Positions 28,476 to 39,140 are shown, counted from the stretch's first letter. The stretch is DNA of 64,000 bases from Vulcanimicrobiota bacterium (GCA_021107945.1 JAIORV010000162.1:7999-71998); one strand, 5' to 3'. The notes: a model not told the origin generated them from the sequence alone. A program made the numbers and translations.

Positions 28476-30095
28476 ATGAAGAAACCAAAAAATCCACTGG
28501 AAATGATAAAGTTTCCGGAAATTATATCAAAGATTGGTTCTCCGTTCGGACTTGGTATGGCTGGCGTAGAAAAGGATTTTTTTGACTCCGGTTTTGAGAT
28601 CAGGATAATAAGCGGAATGGATCAGGGCAATACTTACCCGTTGAATTCAAAGGAAATTACACTGGGAAGGAAAGAATCTCCTGACGAGGTGTTGAAAAAT
28701 CATATCTTGTTTGTTGATTCTTCAGTTTCAAGAGTTCATGCAGTTCTCCGGTGGGATTTGGATCTCGAGAAATATGTAATTTATCATCTTTCCAAGGAAA
28801 ACCCCACACTTGTAAACGGCCGTGCCGTAAAGAAATCTCTTTTAAATCCCAATTACAGGGTGCAGGTGGGGGAATTATCTTTTGAAGTTGTTTCAATCAA
28901 GGAAAAACGAAGAAGAGAATCTACTGTACTCTGGCAAAAATTCAAGGCAGGCGATGAGAGGGGAGAAAAGGAAGTTGACTCGGGTTATAAGCTCATAGTT
29001 GTGGAAGGACCCGACAAAGGAGAATCCTTTGATCTTGACAAGAACCTCATGATCATCGGCAGGCGAAAGGGAGCCGGTGATATAAGAGATACTTACGGGA
29101 TTCTTCTGTCGGATTCTGATTTACCCGACGAACTTGCGCTTCTTGTCTGGAATGAGAATGAGGGAAAATATAATATATTCCAGTCGGAGGATTCGCAGGT
29201 TGCCATAAAACTGTTCAGGGTTATGGAAACGGCCGAGGGTTCCCGGATTGTTGGCAGAGAATTCCAGAATATATTGGAAGATAAGGACTCAATAATGGCC
29301 GGTCAGACGGTGATGGTGGTTCATAAAGCAACGGAAGCTGAGACGCCTGATGCTAAGGTTGATATTGAAAAGGAGCTCAAGATCGAATCTCTTGCCGGCA
29401 TGGGAGGAATGGGACTTACCGCCCCGGGATCTTTCAGAATTGATTTTGTATTTGAGGTTCTCGACGGTCCCGGCAAGGGCCAGAAAATATCGCTTCTATC
29501 CGATGAGATGAACGAGGGGAAAATCATAACTTTTGGAAAAAGTGGAGATACGAGGCAAAATGATATTGAACTTGAGGATGAAACCATCGACAACACACAG
29601 GGTTATCTTGAATTCTCTGAAGGAAACCTATATCTTATCAATGAGATAGGGCAGTCCCAGGTGAAGGTAAACAAATATGTAATAAATGAGAATGAGAAGA
29701 TTGTCTTAAACAGTGGAGACCATATCCGGATAGGAGACACAATCCTTGGGTTTACCGACAACAGGGTACTTGCGGCGTTAAGAAATTATTCACTGGTGGT
29801 TATTGCCGGCGAGGAAGATGATAAATCAAAACGATTTACCCTTACCAGAACCGCCGCATTCATAGGCAGAGGATCAGCCTGTGATGTGAGGGTCCTGGAC
29901 CCAGAGATCTCAAGATTACATGCAGTTTTCACATTTAAATCGGGACGCTTTCACCTTGAGCATAAATCAAATATTAATCCCACATTTGTAAACGGTGTTT
30001 CACTTAAAAAAGGACAGGATAGGATTGTATTTCCCGGTGATAAAATATATCTTTCAGGGAAGACCATCCTTCAACTGATCAGGGCCAACGGTTAG
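28476..30095 (+). CDS. Multi-FHA domain protein (four FHA-like units)
   Basis: Units 1 and 4 keep GR...SR-HA...NPT-VNG; units 2 and 3 share the G--G-----L lead-in but are degenerate. Confidence 0.85.
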   Translation: MKKPKNPLEMIKFPEIISKIGSPFGLGMAGVEKDFFDSGFEIRIISGMDQGNTYPLNSKEITLGRKESPDEVLKNHILFVDSSVSRVHAVLRWDLDLEKYVIYHLSKENPTLVNGRAVKKSLLNPNYRVQVGELSFEVVSIKEKRRRESTVLWQKFKAGDERGEKEVDSGYKLIVVEGPDKGESFDLDKNLMIIGRRKGAGDIRDTYGILLSDSDLPDELALLVWNENEGKYNIFQSEDSQVAIKLFRVMETAEGSRIVGREFQNILEDKDSIMAGQTVMVVHKATEAETPDAKVDIEKELKIESLAGMGGMGLTAPGSFRIDFVFEVLDGPGKGQKISLLSDEMNEGKIITFGKSGDTRQNDIELEDETIDNTQGYLEFSEGNLYLINEIGQSQVKVNKYVINENEKIVLNSGDHIRIGDTILGFTDNRVLAALRNYSLVVIAGEEDDKSKRFTLTRTAAFIGRGSACDVRVLDPEISRLHAVFTFKSGRFHLEHKSNINPTFVNGVSLKKGQDRIVFPGDKIYLSGKTILQLIRANG

Positions 30096-30128
30096 GCTAT
30101 ATTGCTTTTTTCAGGAAGAGTGATAATA

Positions 30129-30287
30129 ATGAAATGTCGAAAAAAATCGCGGGCTATTGTTCGTCAAGCTATCAAAGTAAGAAACAGGGATGAACAAAAG
30201 AGAAAGTTCAATAGAAAACTTCATGAGAAAATGAAAAGTGAAGATGAAAAAGCCCGCAAGTCGGAATTGGTTACAGTATTGTTATAA
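30129..30287 (+). CDS. Possible small basic protein
   Basis: ORF filling the gap between the FHA and Crp genes, with a purine-rich upstream region; no homology recognised. Confidence 0.35.
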   Translation: MKCRKKSRAIVRQAIKVRNRDEQKRKFNRKLHEKMKSEDEKARKSELVTVLL

Positions 30288-30312
30288 TCCGGCTTGAATA
30301 TTTATAAATTGT

Positions 30313-31062
30313 GTGTTTGAACAGCCCAATAAAATGGGTGAGGATTTGATTTTGAAAAATTTAATATTTGAAAACAAGCAAATAGAGGAGACACTAATAA
30401 GGGATATTCCGTTTCTAAATGATATCCCGGTGGAAGCAAAGGATCTCCTTGTGTCAAGATCCCAATCTGTAAAATTTTCACCTAAACAAATTATTTATTA
30501 TCAGGAAGATCCAAATAACAACTTCTACATTATACTCAAGGGACAGGCGAAAATCAGTAAATACAACGCCGAAGGAAAGGAAATAACCGTTGAAATTCTT
30601 GGAAAGGGAGACATGTTCGGATATGCTTCCCTTATAGAGAATAAATGCTCGGAATCTACAGTTACAACATTAACAAGTTCTATAATGTTGATTTTAAATG
30701 GGAGGGACTTTTTATCACTGCTAAGTGATTTTCCTACAGTAATTCATTTTATACTTAAAAATGCATGCCTTCGATTGAGAAATGCTTACCAGCATATAGA
30801 AAATATTTCATCTACAAATGTTCAAAAAAGAGTTATCAGGATCCTGCTGGAGTTGGGCAGGCAAGAAGGAGAATATGAAGGCAGGAAACTTGTCTATAAT
30901 ACAAAACTGACTCACCAGGAACTTGCAAACCTTGCGGGAACATCAAGAGAGACCGTTACCAGAATACTCACTTTTCTCAAGAAAAACGGCTATATAACTG
31001 TAGCTAGATCGAGGATTACAATACTGGCGGAAGATAAGATGGAAGACATACTGAGTAAATAG
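30313..31062 (+). CDS. Crp/Fnr family transcriptional regulator
   Basis: cNMP-binding barrel (FYIILKGQAKI...GDMFG) and HTH LTHQELANLAGTSRETVTR. The true start may be slightly downstream. Confidence 0.93.
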   Translation: MFEQPNKMGEDLILKNLIFENKQIEETLIRDIPFLNDIPVEAKDLLVSRSQSVKFSPKQIIYYQEDPNNNFYIILKGQAKISKYNAEGKEITVEILGKGDMFGYASLIENKCSESTVTTLTSSIMLILNGRDFLSLLSDFPTVIHFILKNACLRLRNAYQHIENISSTNVQKRVIRILLELGRQEGEYEGRKLVYNTKLTHQELANLAGTSRETVTRILTFLKKNGYITVARSRITILAEDKMEDILSK

Positions 31063-31278
31063 TAAATAGAAATATAAATGTTATTTATGTGATTGTAGAA
31101 AATATATCATTTATGGGTAGATGTCGTTAAACTTTTATCTTATGATATTTTTGACTTATGAGTAATGTTAATAATATAAATAAAATGTTATAATAAATGG
31201 AAGATATATAAACAAAGGTCTGTTTTGGATGTCTGCCAAAATATGCATTTCTTACAAAAAGTAAAAGGAAGTGAGTTG

Positions 31279-31842
31279 ATGGAAAACTGTCTGATGACCT
31301 TAATGGTCGGTGGTGAAGGTGAAGGTGAAGATGGCAGAGGAATTAGACCAAATCTCTTCTTGTTCTTTTGCGGTGGCAAAGAACCGCGCTGGATCAGGAA
31401 AGACCTGGGATTACAAGAAAAAGACAAAGACGAGAGCGACAAAACTATAATTGCAGATGTGATTCATTATCCGCATAACGACCAGATGCCTTACGTTTTA
31501 ACTGACTTATTACTGAGATTTTGCCCGCAGATAAGTGCTTCATATGACAAAATAAGAGAGCTTTTCGACAAAATTGAGTCCTCAACTTCGATGTCGATTG
31601 ACGATTATTTTCAGAATTACAAGGGAATGAAACATCACAAAGAATCCAGAAGAATTTTGGCACTTTGCAGAGAAACATTTGAAGACTCAAAAATACTTTC
31701 CAAGATTGTAATGCATGTACTTATTGGTGGGCCTAAAATTCAGATTGTTGATAACCTGAAAAGAATGAATGCTCCCTTCGAATTGGGAATAACTGAAAAA
31801 TATAGATTAAAAGGAAAAGGTGGCATAGAAGAAGTATTATAA
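31279..31842 (+). CDS. Hypothetical protein
   Basis: AT-rich ORF with RBS before ATG 31279, followed by a terminator; no family recognised. Confidence 0.7.
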   Translation: MENCLMTLMVGGEGEGEDGRGIRPNLFLFFCGGKEPRWIRKDLGLQEKDKDESDKTIIADVIHYPHNDQMPYVLTDLLLRFCPQISASYDKIRELFDKIESSTSMSIDDYFQNYKGMKHHKESRRILALCRETFEDSKILSKIVMHVLIGGPKIQIVDNLKRMNAPFELGITEKYRLKGKGGIEEVL

Positions 31843-31908
31843 TTAACAATAACAAGAATGGTGGAAAATTTTTGTTGTAATGTTATTATAAAGAGAGTGA
31901 TGAGATAG

Positions 31909-31951
31909 AAAAACCCGATAATTTATCCGTAAATTTAATCGGGTTTTTTTT
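31909..31951 (+). terminator. Intrinsic terminator (possibly bidirectional)
   Basis: aaaaacccgat...atcgggtttttttt. Confidence 0.75.
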
Positions 31952-31959
31952 ATAAATTA

Positions 31960-33939
31960 ATGAGTAAGTTAAAAAAAGAATTCAAATTGATTGACGTCTT
32001 TGCCATTTCAACCGGGGCGATGATCAGCTCAGGCTTATTTGTGCTTCCCGGCATGGCGTATTCCGTAGCAGGGCCTGCAATGATATTGGCATATCTTGTA
32101 GCGGGATTAATGTATATCCCTGCAATGCTCAGTTATGCCGAGCTTTCAACGGCAATGCCGCGCTCCGGAGGCAGCTACTTTTTCGTGGATAGAAGCATGG
32201 GACCGATCCCCGGAACAATTGGCGGGATGTCTGAGTGGTTATCCCTTATTTTGAAAAGCTCATTTGCACTAATTGGAATTGGCGCATTTGCCACAATATT
32301 CTTTCCCGGAATGGCGGAGATACACATTAAGCTTATTGCAACAGCTTTTTGTGTGTTTTTTGTGATACTCAATATCCATGGCGTAAAAGAGGCAGGCAAG
32401 TTACAAGTTGCCCTTGTTATAGGACTTATCGTTATTCTTGTCCTGTATGTAGTTGAGGGATTCTCTAAGCTGGACCCAATGAATTTCTCTCCGTTCATGC
32501 CCCAGGGCAAACTCTCAATCCTTTCAGCCGCAGGACTGGTGTATATTTCATTTGCAGGACTTACCAAAGTTGTGAATATGGGTGAGGAGATAAAAAACCC
32601 GGGACGAAATATTCCTCTGGGCATGGCATTGGCATTTATAACGGTTATTATAATATATGTATTAGTTACCATTGTAACTGTGGGAATTGTGCCCGGCAGC
32701 GAGTTGTCAGGTAATCTTGCCCCCCTTGCTCTGGGAGGCAAAAAAATGATGGGAACTTTCGGAGAGATCCTCATCACGGTTGCCGCCCTGTTTGCATTTG
32801 CAACAACAGCAAACGCAGGCATTATGGCCGCTTCAAGGACGCCGGTCTCTATGAGCAGGGACGGCCATTTACCCACGTTTTTACACAAAATCCATCCAAA
32901 ATATCACACTCCCCGTAATGCAATACTTCTTACCGGGACAATCATGATAGCATTTATACTTCTACTGGATATCCGGACATTTGTAAAAACAGCTTCAGTC
33001 GTCATGCTCATTCTTCTTACAATGATATGTATTGCTGTTATCGTGATGAGAGAGAGTAAACTCTATAATTATAAGCCCATATTTCGCTCACCCTTTTATC
33101 CGTATGTTCAGATAATAGGAATCCTCGCGTATTCTTACCTTCTTCTCACAATCGGTGTGAAGCCGCTGGTAATGACGGCAATTCTTTTATTCGCAGGCTT
33201 TATCTGGTACTGGATTTATGCCAGGATCCGGATAAACAGGGAATCCGCCCTTGTACACGTGATAGAAAGGTTCATGGATACAAAGTATGACAGAGACCTG
33301 GCTCAGGAAAAGCTCGCCACGGAATTGAAAGAAATCGTCAAGGAGCGAGACGAGGTGGTAGAAGATCTGCTTGACAGGCTTGTGACAAATGCAACGGCCA
33401 TTGAGCTTGAAGATGGTATTACGAGAGATGAATTCTTCAAACTTGTATCGGAGCAATTCGCCGATAGATACCAGATTGAAGCTCGGGAGTTATTTGAACA
33501 TCTGCAAAAAAGAGAAGCGGAGTCAACATCCGAGATTTTACCGGGACTTGCCATTCCTCATATTATTATCGACGGGAAATGTGAATTTTCATTGCTAATG
33601 GCTCGAAGTAAGGAAGGAATTGATTTCTCACCGGGAATGAAACCCGCACATGCCATATTTGTCTTTATCGGGACAAAGGAAATGAGGTCCCTGTATCTCA
33701 GATCCCTTGTTGCGATAACTGAAATTGCTCAGCAAAAGGATTTCGAAGAATTCTGGAGGAACGCAAGAGATGAGGAGGAGCTTCGTAATATTATATTAAT
33801 GGGAGAGAGAAAGAGGGTCCACATGATAAACTGCCTGCATTGCCCCGAGGACGCTCTTTTTGAAGAAAAGAAATACTGCCCCATATACTATGATGAAGAA
33901 GGAAAGGTCAATAGAGGGAAAGGGGAAACGGGAAGTTGA
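31960..33939 (+). CDS. APC-family amino acid permease fused to a PTS EIIA(Ntr/Fru)-like domain
   Basis: GAMISSGLF, YAELSTAMPRSGG and about 12 TM helices, then RE--ST----LAIPH EIIA motif. Confidence 0.9.
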   Translation: MSKLKKEFKLIDVFAISTGAMISSGLFVLPGMAYSVAGPAMILAYLVAGLMYIPAMLSYAELSTAMPRSGGSYFFVDRSMGPIPGTIGGMSEWLSLILKSSFALIGIGAFATIFFPGMAEIHIKLIATAFCVFFVILNIHGVKEAGKLQVALVIGLIVILVLYVVEGFSKLDPMNFSPFMPQGKLSILSAAGLVYISFAGLTKVVNMGEEIKNPGRNIPLGMALAFITVIIIYVLVTIVTVGIVPGSELSGNLAPLALGGKKMMGTFGEILITVAALFAFATTANAGIMAASRTPVSMSRDGHLPTFLHKIHPKYHTPRNAILLTGTIMIAFILLLDIRTFVKTASVVMLILLTMICIAVIVMRESKLYNYKPIFRSPFYPYVQIIGILAYSYLLLTIGVKPLVMTAILLFAGFIWYWIYARIRINRESALVHVIERFMDTKYDRDLAQEKLATELKEIVKERDEVVEDLLDRLVTNATAIELEDGITRDEFFKLVSEQFADRYQIEARELFEHLQKREAESTSEILPGLAIPHIIIDGKCEFSLLMARSKEGIDFSPGMKPAHAIFVFIGTKEMRSLYLRSLVAITEIAQQKDFEEFWRNARDEEELRNIILMGERKRVHMINCLHCPEDALFEEKKYCPIYYDEEGKVNRGKGETGS

Positions 33940-34036
33940 TTTGTAGGAGGGACGTCCCCGTCCCGATAAATGGAAAATGGAAAATGGATGTTGGAAAATG
34001 GATGACGGATAACGGCTCTCGTTTCCCACGTCCCGG
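33916..34036 (+). repeat. GTAG REP plus 7-bp periodic repeats between convergent genes
   Basis: tgtaggagggacgtccccgtcccgataaa at 33942-33970, followed by (tggaaaa)n; same element as in lipS2. Confidence 0.8.
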
Positions 34037-36046
34037 CTAACCGCACTTGGAATAGCCACAGTGTTGGCATACGGAGCATGCTCCCACGAGAATCGTGCCC
34101 TGACCGCATTCATGACATACTATTTCTTTAACTTCAGTCATCATGGGTATATCGAGGGTCTCACCTTCATCGTCCGTCCCGGTATTCCCATTTTCAACAT
34201 CTGTTTTTACACAGACAGACTTTGTTGCCTCATCCGACTCAATATCATCATCCTGCCCGGAGGTCGAATCTCCCATGACTATTACCTGTCCCTCTCTGCT
34301 TCCGTCCCTATAGACGGTAATTCCCTTGAGGTTGTTTCTATGGGCCATCATGTAGATATGACCAACATCTTCTTTTGTAGCGTTCGCGGGTAGGTTTATT
34401 GTCTTTGATACACTCATATCAACATGCTTTTGAAATGACGCCTGGATTAGGACATGCCTTTCCCCGGCAATATCATGCGACGTTACAAACAACTTTCTTA
34501 TATGTTCCGGTATTTCATCAAAATTTTGTATAGTCCCGGTTCTTGCAAGTTTAATCACTAGGTCTTTCGAATAAAACCCTTCTTTTTTTGCCATCTCTTC
34601 AAAGGTGGGGTGAATCTGTAAAAGCTTTTTGTCTCCAAGAACATTTCTCTCGAAGCATACACCGAAAAGAGGCTCAATACCCGGGGAGCACCCTGCAATT
34701 ATCGAGAGAGTGCCTGTGGGAGCGATACTTGTGATTGTTGCATTCCTTATGGTTGTAGCAGGGAAGAAGGTGGATTTTCCCCAGTTCGGGAAGCAACCCC
34801 TCTCTTTTGCCAATTCATTTGAAGCTTTTCTGCCCTCTTTCGAAATAAATTCCATTACCCTGTCCGCTATTTTGAGGGCAAATTCATCTTTATATGAGAT
34901 TCCCAGGAGTATAAGCATGTCGGCAAATCCCATAATCCCGAGACCAATTTTACGGTTCCCTCTGGTTTTTTGCTTTATTTTCGGGATTTGCGGTACATAT
35001 TCATTGACATCAATGACGTTATCAAGGAAACGCACGGCGAGCTTTACTGTTTGAGCGAGATGAGCGTAATCAATTGAACGGTTCTTTACAAATCTGCTGA
35101 GATTTATGGACCCCAGGTTGCAGGCCTCGAAAGGCAGAAGGCAAGCTTCGCCGCATGGATTTGTTGATTCAATCCTCCCCAGCTTTGGTGTCGGATTGTC
35201 AGAGTTTATCCTGTCAAGAAACAGTATGCCGGGCTCTGCATTCTTCCAGGCATTGGTTACTATTTTATCCCAGACGGTGCTGGCTTTGAGAGAGTCTGAT
35301 TTCTTTCCTGAGCGGGGATTGTAAAGATCATAATCGGAATTGTTTTTCAGGGCGTCCATAAACTCGTCGGTAATTGCCACTGATATGTTGAAATTATAGA
35401 AATCTCCCTCCGAGAGCTTGGCATCGATAAAATCCAATATATCCGGGTGATCAATTCGCAATACCCCCATATTTGCTCCCCTGCGGCGACCTCCCTGTTT
35501 CACGGTTTCTGTTGCCTGGTTGAAGACCCTCATAAATGAAATGGGACCGCTCGATACGCCGTTTGTGGTCCTGACGCGATCACCTGCGGGACGTAACCTT
35601 GAAAAGCTATATCCCACACCTCCACCGCTTTTTTGTATGAGAGCCGCTTGTTTTACAGCATCGAATATCTCGGGCATCGAGTCCCCCACAGGTAAAACAA
35701 AGCAGGCGGAAAGTTGACCCTCATCTCTTCCGGCATTCATCAGGGTGGGAGAATTGGGGAGAAAGACCAGGTTGACCATCATATCATAAAACTTCTGGGC
35801 ATATTCTTCCATTTTATTACGATCTCCATATTGGAGCTCCGCAATTGAAACGGTGCTTGCCACCCGGTGGAACATCTCCCGGGGGGTTTCAACCACTTCA
35901 TTTTTGAGATTCTTTTTTAAATACCTTGCCCGAAGTACTGTTATGGCATTGTCCGTAAGCTCGGGTTCTTTATTCGACTTTATCGGATTAATTTCATCAA
36001 ATAAGAGGGGTAATTCCAAATCGTAACTTCCCATGGCTTGAATCAA
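34037..36046 (-). CDS. nrdJ: Adenosylcobalamin-dependent (class II) ribonucleotide reductase
   Basis: PNSPTLMNAG, LSACFV, GGGVG, TNPCGE, CNLGSINL, IAPTGT, SKTINL, KGITVYRDGSR and C-terminal CxxC..CxxCGYSKC. Confidence 0.95.
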   Translation of the reverse strand: MIQAMGSYDLELPLLFDEINPIKSNKEPELTDNAITVLRARYLKKNLKNEVVETPREMFHRVASTVSIAELQYGDRNKMEEYAQKFYDMMVNLVFLPNSPTLMNAGRDEGQLSACFVLPVGDSMPEIFDAVKQAALIQKSGGGVGYSFSRLRPAGDRVRTTNGVSSGPISFMRVFNQATETVKQGGRRRGANMGVLRIDHPDILDFIDAKLSEGDFYNFNISVAITDEFMDALKNNSDYDLYNPRSGKKSDSLKASTVWDKIVTNAWKNAEPGILFLDRINSDNPTPKLGRIESTNPCGEACLLPFEACNLGSINLSRFVKNRSIDYAHLAQTVKLAVRFLDNVIDVNEYVPQIPKIKQKTRGNRKIGLGIMGFADMLILLGISYKDEFALKIADRVMEFISKEGRKASNELAKERGCFPNWGKSTFFPATTIRNATITSIAPTGTLSIIAGCSPGIEPLFGVCFERNVLGDKKLLQIHPTFEEMAKKEGFYSKDLVIKLARTGTIQNFDEIPEHIRKLFVTSHDIAGERHVLIQASFQKHVDMSVSKTINLPANATKEDVGHIYMMAHRNNLKGITVYRDGSREGQVIVMGDSTSGQDDDIESDEATKSVCVKTDVENGNTGTDDEGETLDIPMMTEVKEIVCHECGQGTILVGACSVCQHCGYSKCG

Positions 36047-36257
36047 TTCTCCTTTTTATATCTATTTATATCTATTTGTAGCAAAGACCACAGAGCCCCC
36101 ATTTTATTCACATTCTTTGCGTTAAAACCAACCCTTATTCATCCTCCGGGCTCCGATTCCACTGCAGATCGTAAAGAATACAGGTTGTTGAGTTGGTCCG
36201 ACATCTAAACCCGGGGCGAGGGATCTTATATAATTTCCATTCTCTATATATAATTTC

Positions 36258-37577
36258 CTACCTTGAGTTTGAAGCTTTTTTGTCCTGAATCCATCGAACC
36301 CTCTCTATCTCTATCAATAATTCATTTGAAATTTTTTCATGACCATAGACGGTCGGATGCATATCATCTAAAAATAGTGGATCCGCCGGTAAATCATGCC
36401 ACTTTCGAAGGAGATCCAGGAATATCCCGCCTTTTTCCTCCGTGACTTCCTTCATTATCTTTCTGTATTGATATAACTCAGTATCTTCTTCTTCAATGAG
36501 AATATCTTTGTTATCATCGACAATGTCATTCTCTGAATCCTCAAATTCTTCCGCTTTCCTGGGCATTGATATCACCAGGATTTTCATACCCCTGTCGTTT
36601 GCAATATCCATTATCGAATTGAGATTCTCCCTGAAATCCACGGCGCTAACCCTGTGAACTCCGCGGTCTTCGGGAACCGACTCGTAAAGATGTGGTTTCT
36701 TCCTGTATTTCGCATTCAGGATCTCCCTGCGAAGGCACATATATATATTGCTTCTATAGAATAATCTCAATAATGGCTGGATGTATCCCTGCGATGCCCT
36801 GTTTTTATCCTCGTCCCAGTCGAAGTCAGGATCGTTGTTGTGAGATATTATTATTGCATCCGGGTCGAATCCGACTCCCTTCCCGCGAAAAAAAATCAGC
36901 GTGGAAAACGTTGTGTAACCGGGAACAGCGGCATTTATTACCTCGATTTTTCTTTCCCTGTATTTCCTGCCGAGCTTTTCCCCCAGAACATTTGCAAAAA
37001 CCTCGTTCTGGTTGACGCCGTATCCGAATGCCGACGAGTCACCAAGAATCATAATCCTGAATGTGTCGGCGGGTTTCTTTTTACTTACCTCGTCCCCTCT
37101 GAACCCATGTCCGTTGACTTTCAACTTGCAAGTAAATCCTCCCACATCAGTCGTCCCCTCATGACCCGGAAAAAGCTCCCATAAATACGCGGGGTGAGGG
37201 CGATGTAAAGGGGGATGCTTGCGGACATGCGCTCCCATAGCATATTCCATTGAGCCGACAATAAGTAAAATCCAAATAACAACATAAACCGACTTCTTCC
37301 ATCCCCTCCATCTGAATGCAAAAAGAGAATCAGTAAGCAAGTAAACAAACACCGCAATAAGAAGTACAATCAATCCCACTTTTTCAGTACCCCTGGGGGG
37401 GTAATTTACATTCTCGGAATAATACGGGTTTACCGACGGAGCGGCTCTTTGGGGAGCGATTCCCGACCCGATTATGAGGATAATAACAACAGCGGCCAAA
37501 ATACCGAATATTATTGCAAATATAAGGTATGGACGGGATATGGATCTATTATCTTTTTTTATTTCCTGATTTTTCAT
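36258..37577 (-). CDS. Membrane-anchored SGNH/GDSL hydrolase
   Basis: Three TM segments; LGDS, NAAVPGY, NND and DDMHP blocks. Confidence 0.85.
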   Translation of the reverse strand: MKNQEIKKDNRSISRPYLIFAIIFGILAAVVIILIIGSGIAPQRAAPSVNPYYSENVNYPPRGTEKVGLIVLLIAVFVYLLTDSLFAFRWRGWKKSVYVVIWILLIVGSMEYAMGAHVRKHPPLHRPHPAYLWELFPGHEGTTDVGGFTCKLKVNGHGFRGDEVSKKKPADTFRIMILGDSSAFGYGVNQNEVFANVLGEKLGRKYRERKIEVINAAVPGYTTFSTLIFFRGKGVGFDPDAIIISHNNDPDFDWDEDKNRASQGYIQPLLRLFYRSNIYMCLRREILNAKYRKKPHLYESVPEDRGVHRVSAVDFRENLNSIMDIANDRGMKILVISMPRKAEEFEDSENDIVDDNKDILIEEEDTELYQYRKIMKEVTEEKGGIFLDLLRKWHDLPADPLFLDDMHPTVYGHEKISNELLIEIERVRWIQDKKASNSR

Positions 37578-37592
37578 TGATTTGTATTTATT

Positions 37593-37760
37593 CACCGCAA
37601 AGACCACAAAGAATTTTTGTAGGAGGGGTTTCCTAACCCCGATAAACCCTTTGCGTCCTTTGCTTCTTTGCGGTTAATTTTAATCATCCAAATATTTACC
37701 CACATAATATAGAGAAGAGCTGAATAAATTCTCTGCGGACTCCGCGATCTCCGCGGTTAA
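37593..37760. repeat. Cluster of 9-bp-period repeats around a GTAG REP
   Basis: accgcaaagaccacaaaga; gtaggaggggtttcctaaccccgat (37619); ctttgcgtcctttgcttctttgcggt; ctctgcggactccgcgatctccgcggt. Confidence 0.75.
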
Positions 37761-37763
37761 TAA

Positions 37764-39017
37764 TTACCCCGAATAAAACCCCAGCGCAGCTATCGTGACA
37801 TTTGAAAATCCCATTGGATCCACACACTGGCGATACTCGAGCAGTCTGCCGTAATCGGCATCCATACATTTCATCATTGTATAGAGAGGTGAAAGTCCGC
37901 ATACCCGCCTTTTCTCCTGGTCTTTTATCACATCGGCGAAGAAACCGTCGGCGTCCATTTTTTCTACAAGTCCAATGCTTTTAAGCTCATCTTCTTCCAA
38001 AGACTTCATCTGTGTCAGGGTGGGAGCTATGAGATCGCCGAATGCAAGCCCGACATGGGCAAAATCAATTCCTGAAATAAACGCAGGCTTATATCCGCCG
38101 GACTTGATTGTCTTTTTCATGGCAGATATAAATTCCCTCACCTTTGGCTCATCCATGGGATTTATACCTTTTATACCGAAATCGTCGAATGAATGAACAA
38201 GAACCGGCACTATCCTTATGTCCCTGTCAGGGAATATGTATTTCAACATAACTGCCTGGAACTCGATTGAATGCTCGGTTCTGTGGAGATATTCGTCCTG
38301 GTGATAGTCGGTTTTGCAGTAGCTTGTTAATTTGTCAATGAAGTCCTTGTCTGTTGGAATGTCACCCAATGGAGTCTTGAATGTCTTTTTTGTAAGTGCA
38401 ATCAGGTTGTCAGCGGAATGATGGGATGTTCCAAATATGATAAAAAGATTGGCGTCCGATTTTTTTAACTCCCTGTATGCAAACCCGTATGTTCTGTTGC
38501 CCCGTTGGAAGTCGATATGGGGCGCGGCAATCCCGACAGGAATATCGTCAGGGTGTTCATCTTCCGGGAGGTCAATAAAAAAATCGCTCAATTCTTCTCG
38601 AAGCTCTTCAGGATTGTCCGAGTACCCTTTTCCCGCAAGAGATGCTTCTCTGTAATCCTGCTTCCCAAACTCATCATTTAAAAATTCCATGTATTTGCGG
38701 TATCTGTCATTTTCAAGGAGCAGGGCGGCATCGAGCTCGGCCATGATAGACCTGATTTTATCGGAGAATATGAGTCTTCCGAATTTGCGGTTATATTCCA
38801 CCTGGATTTCAGAAGTTTTATGCTTGCCGTCAAATCGTGATATTATAAAGAAAACATCGGGCGGAACCATTAGCATCTTATCCGTGAGTGAGGCCGGATC
38901 CCTTATCAGGATCATGTCCATATTCTGGAAATTTATAGGAACAGCTTCAATATGCCTTATGAGGGGATATTCCTCCTCATGTTTAAGAGTTCTTTTTTCA
39001 ATATCGGGATCTTTCAA
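37764..39017 (-). CDS. amrB: AmmeMemoRadiSam system protein B (MEMO1 family) with N-terminal extension
   Basis: APHID, GTSH, TPLG, EHSIEFQ, DFAHVG and VCG motifs. Start set at TTG 39017 after GAAGGAG. Confidence 0.88.
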   Translation of the reverse strand: MKDPDIEKRTLKHEEEYPLIRHIEAVPINFQNMDMILIRDPASLTDKMLMVPPDVFFIISRFDGKHKTSEIQVEYNRKFGRLIFSDKIRSIMAELDAALLLENDRYRKYMEFLNDEFGKQDYREASLAGKGYSDNPEELREELSDFFIDLPEDEHPDDIPVGIAAPHIDFQRGNRTYGFAYRELKKSDANLFIIFGTSHHSADNLIALTKKTFKTPLGDIPTDKDFIDKLTSYCKTDYHQDEYLHRTEHSIEFQAVMLKYIFPDRDIRIVPVLVHSFDDFGIKGINPMDEPKVREFISAMKKTIKSGGYKPAFISGIDFAHVGLAFGDLIAPTLTQMKSLEEDELKSIGLVEKMDADGFFADVIKDQEKRRVCGLSPLYTMMKCMDADYGRLLEYRQCVDPMGFSNVTIAALGFYSG

Positions 39018-39057
39018 ATCGATATCTCCTTCAAAAGGGAAATGGGATGATTTCTTA

Positions 39058-39140
39058 CACCACGAAGCCACGGAGTTCACGAAGGAAATATCCAGTTTAT
39101 TATATTAAAAACTCCGTGTTCTCCGTGACTTCGTGGTAAA
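39058..39140. repeat. Inverted pair of 9-bp-period repeats
   Basis: accacgaagccacggagttcacgaag ... ctccgtgttctccgtgacttcgtggt form a long imperfect hairpin. Confidence 0.8.

Noticed and set aside
36121-36230. Cobalamin riboswitch or NrdR boxes upstream of nrdJ
   Set aside because: One imperfect stem exists, but no B12 box on the coding strand and only weak, badly spaced NrdR-like matches.
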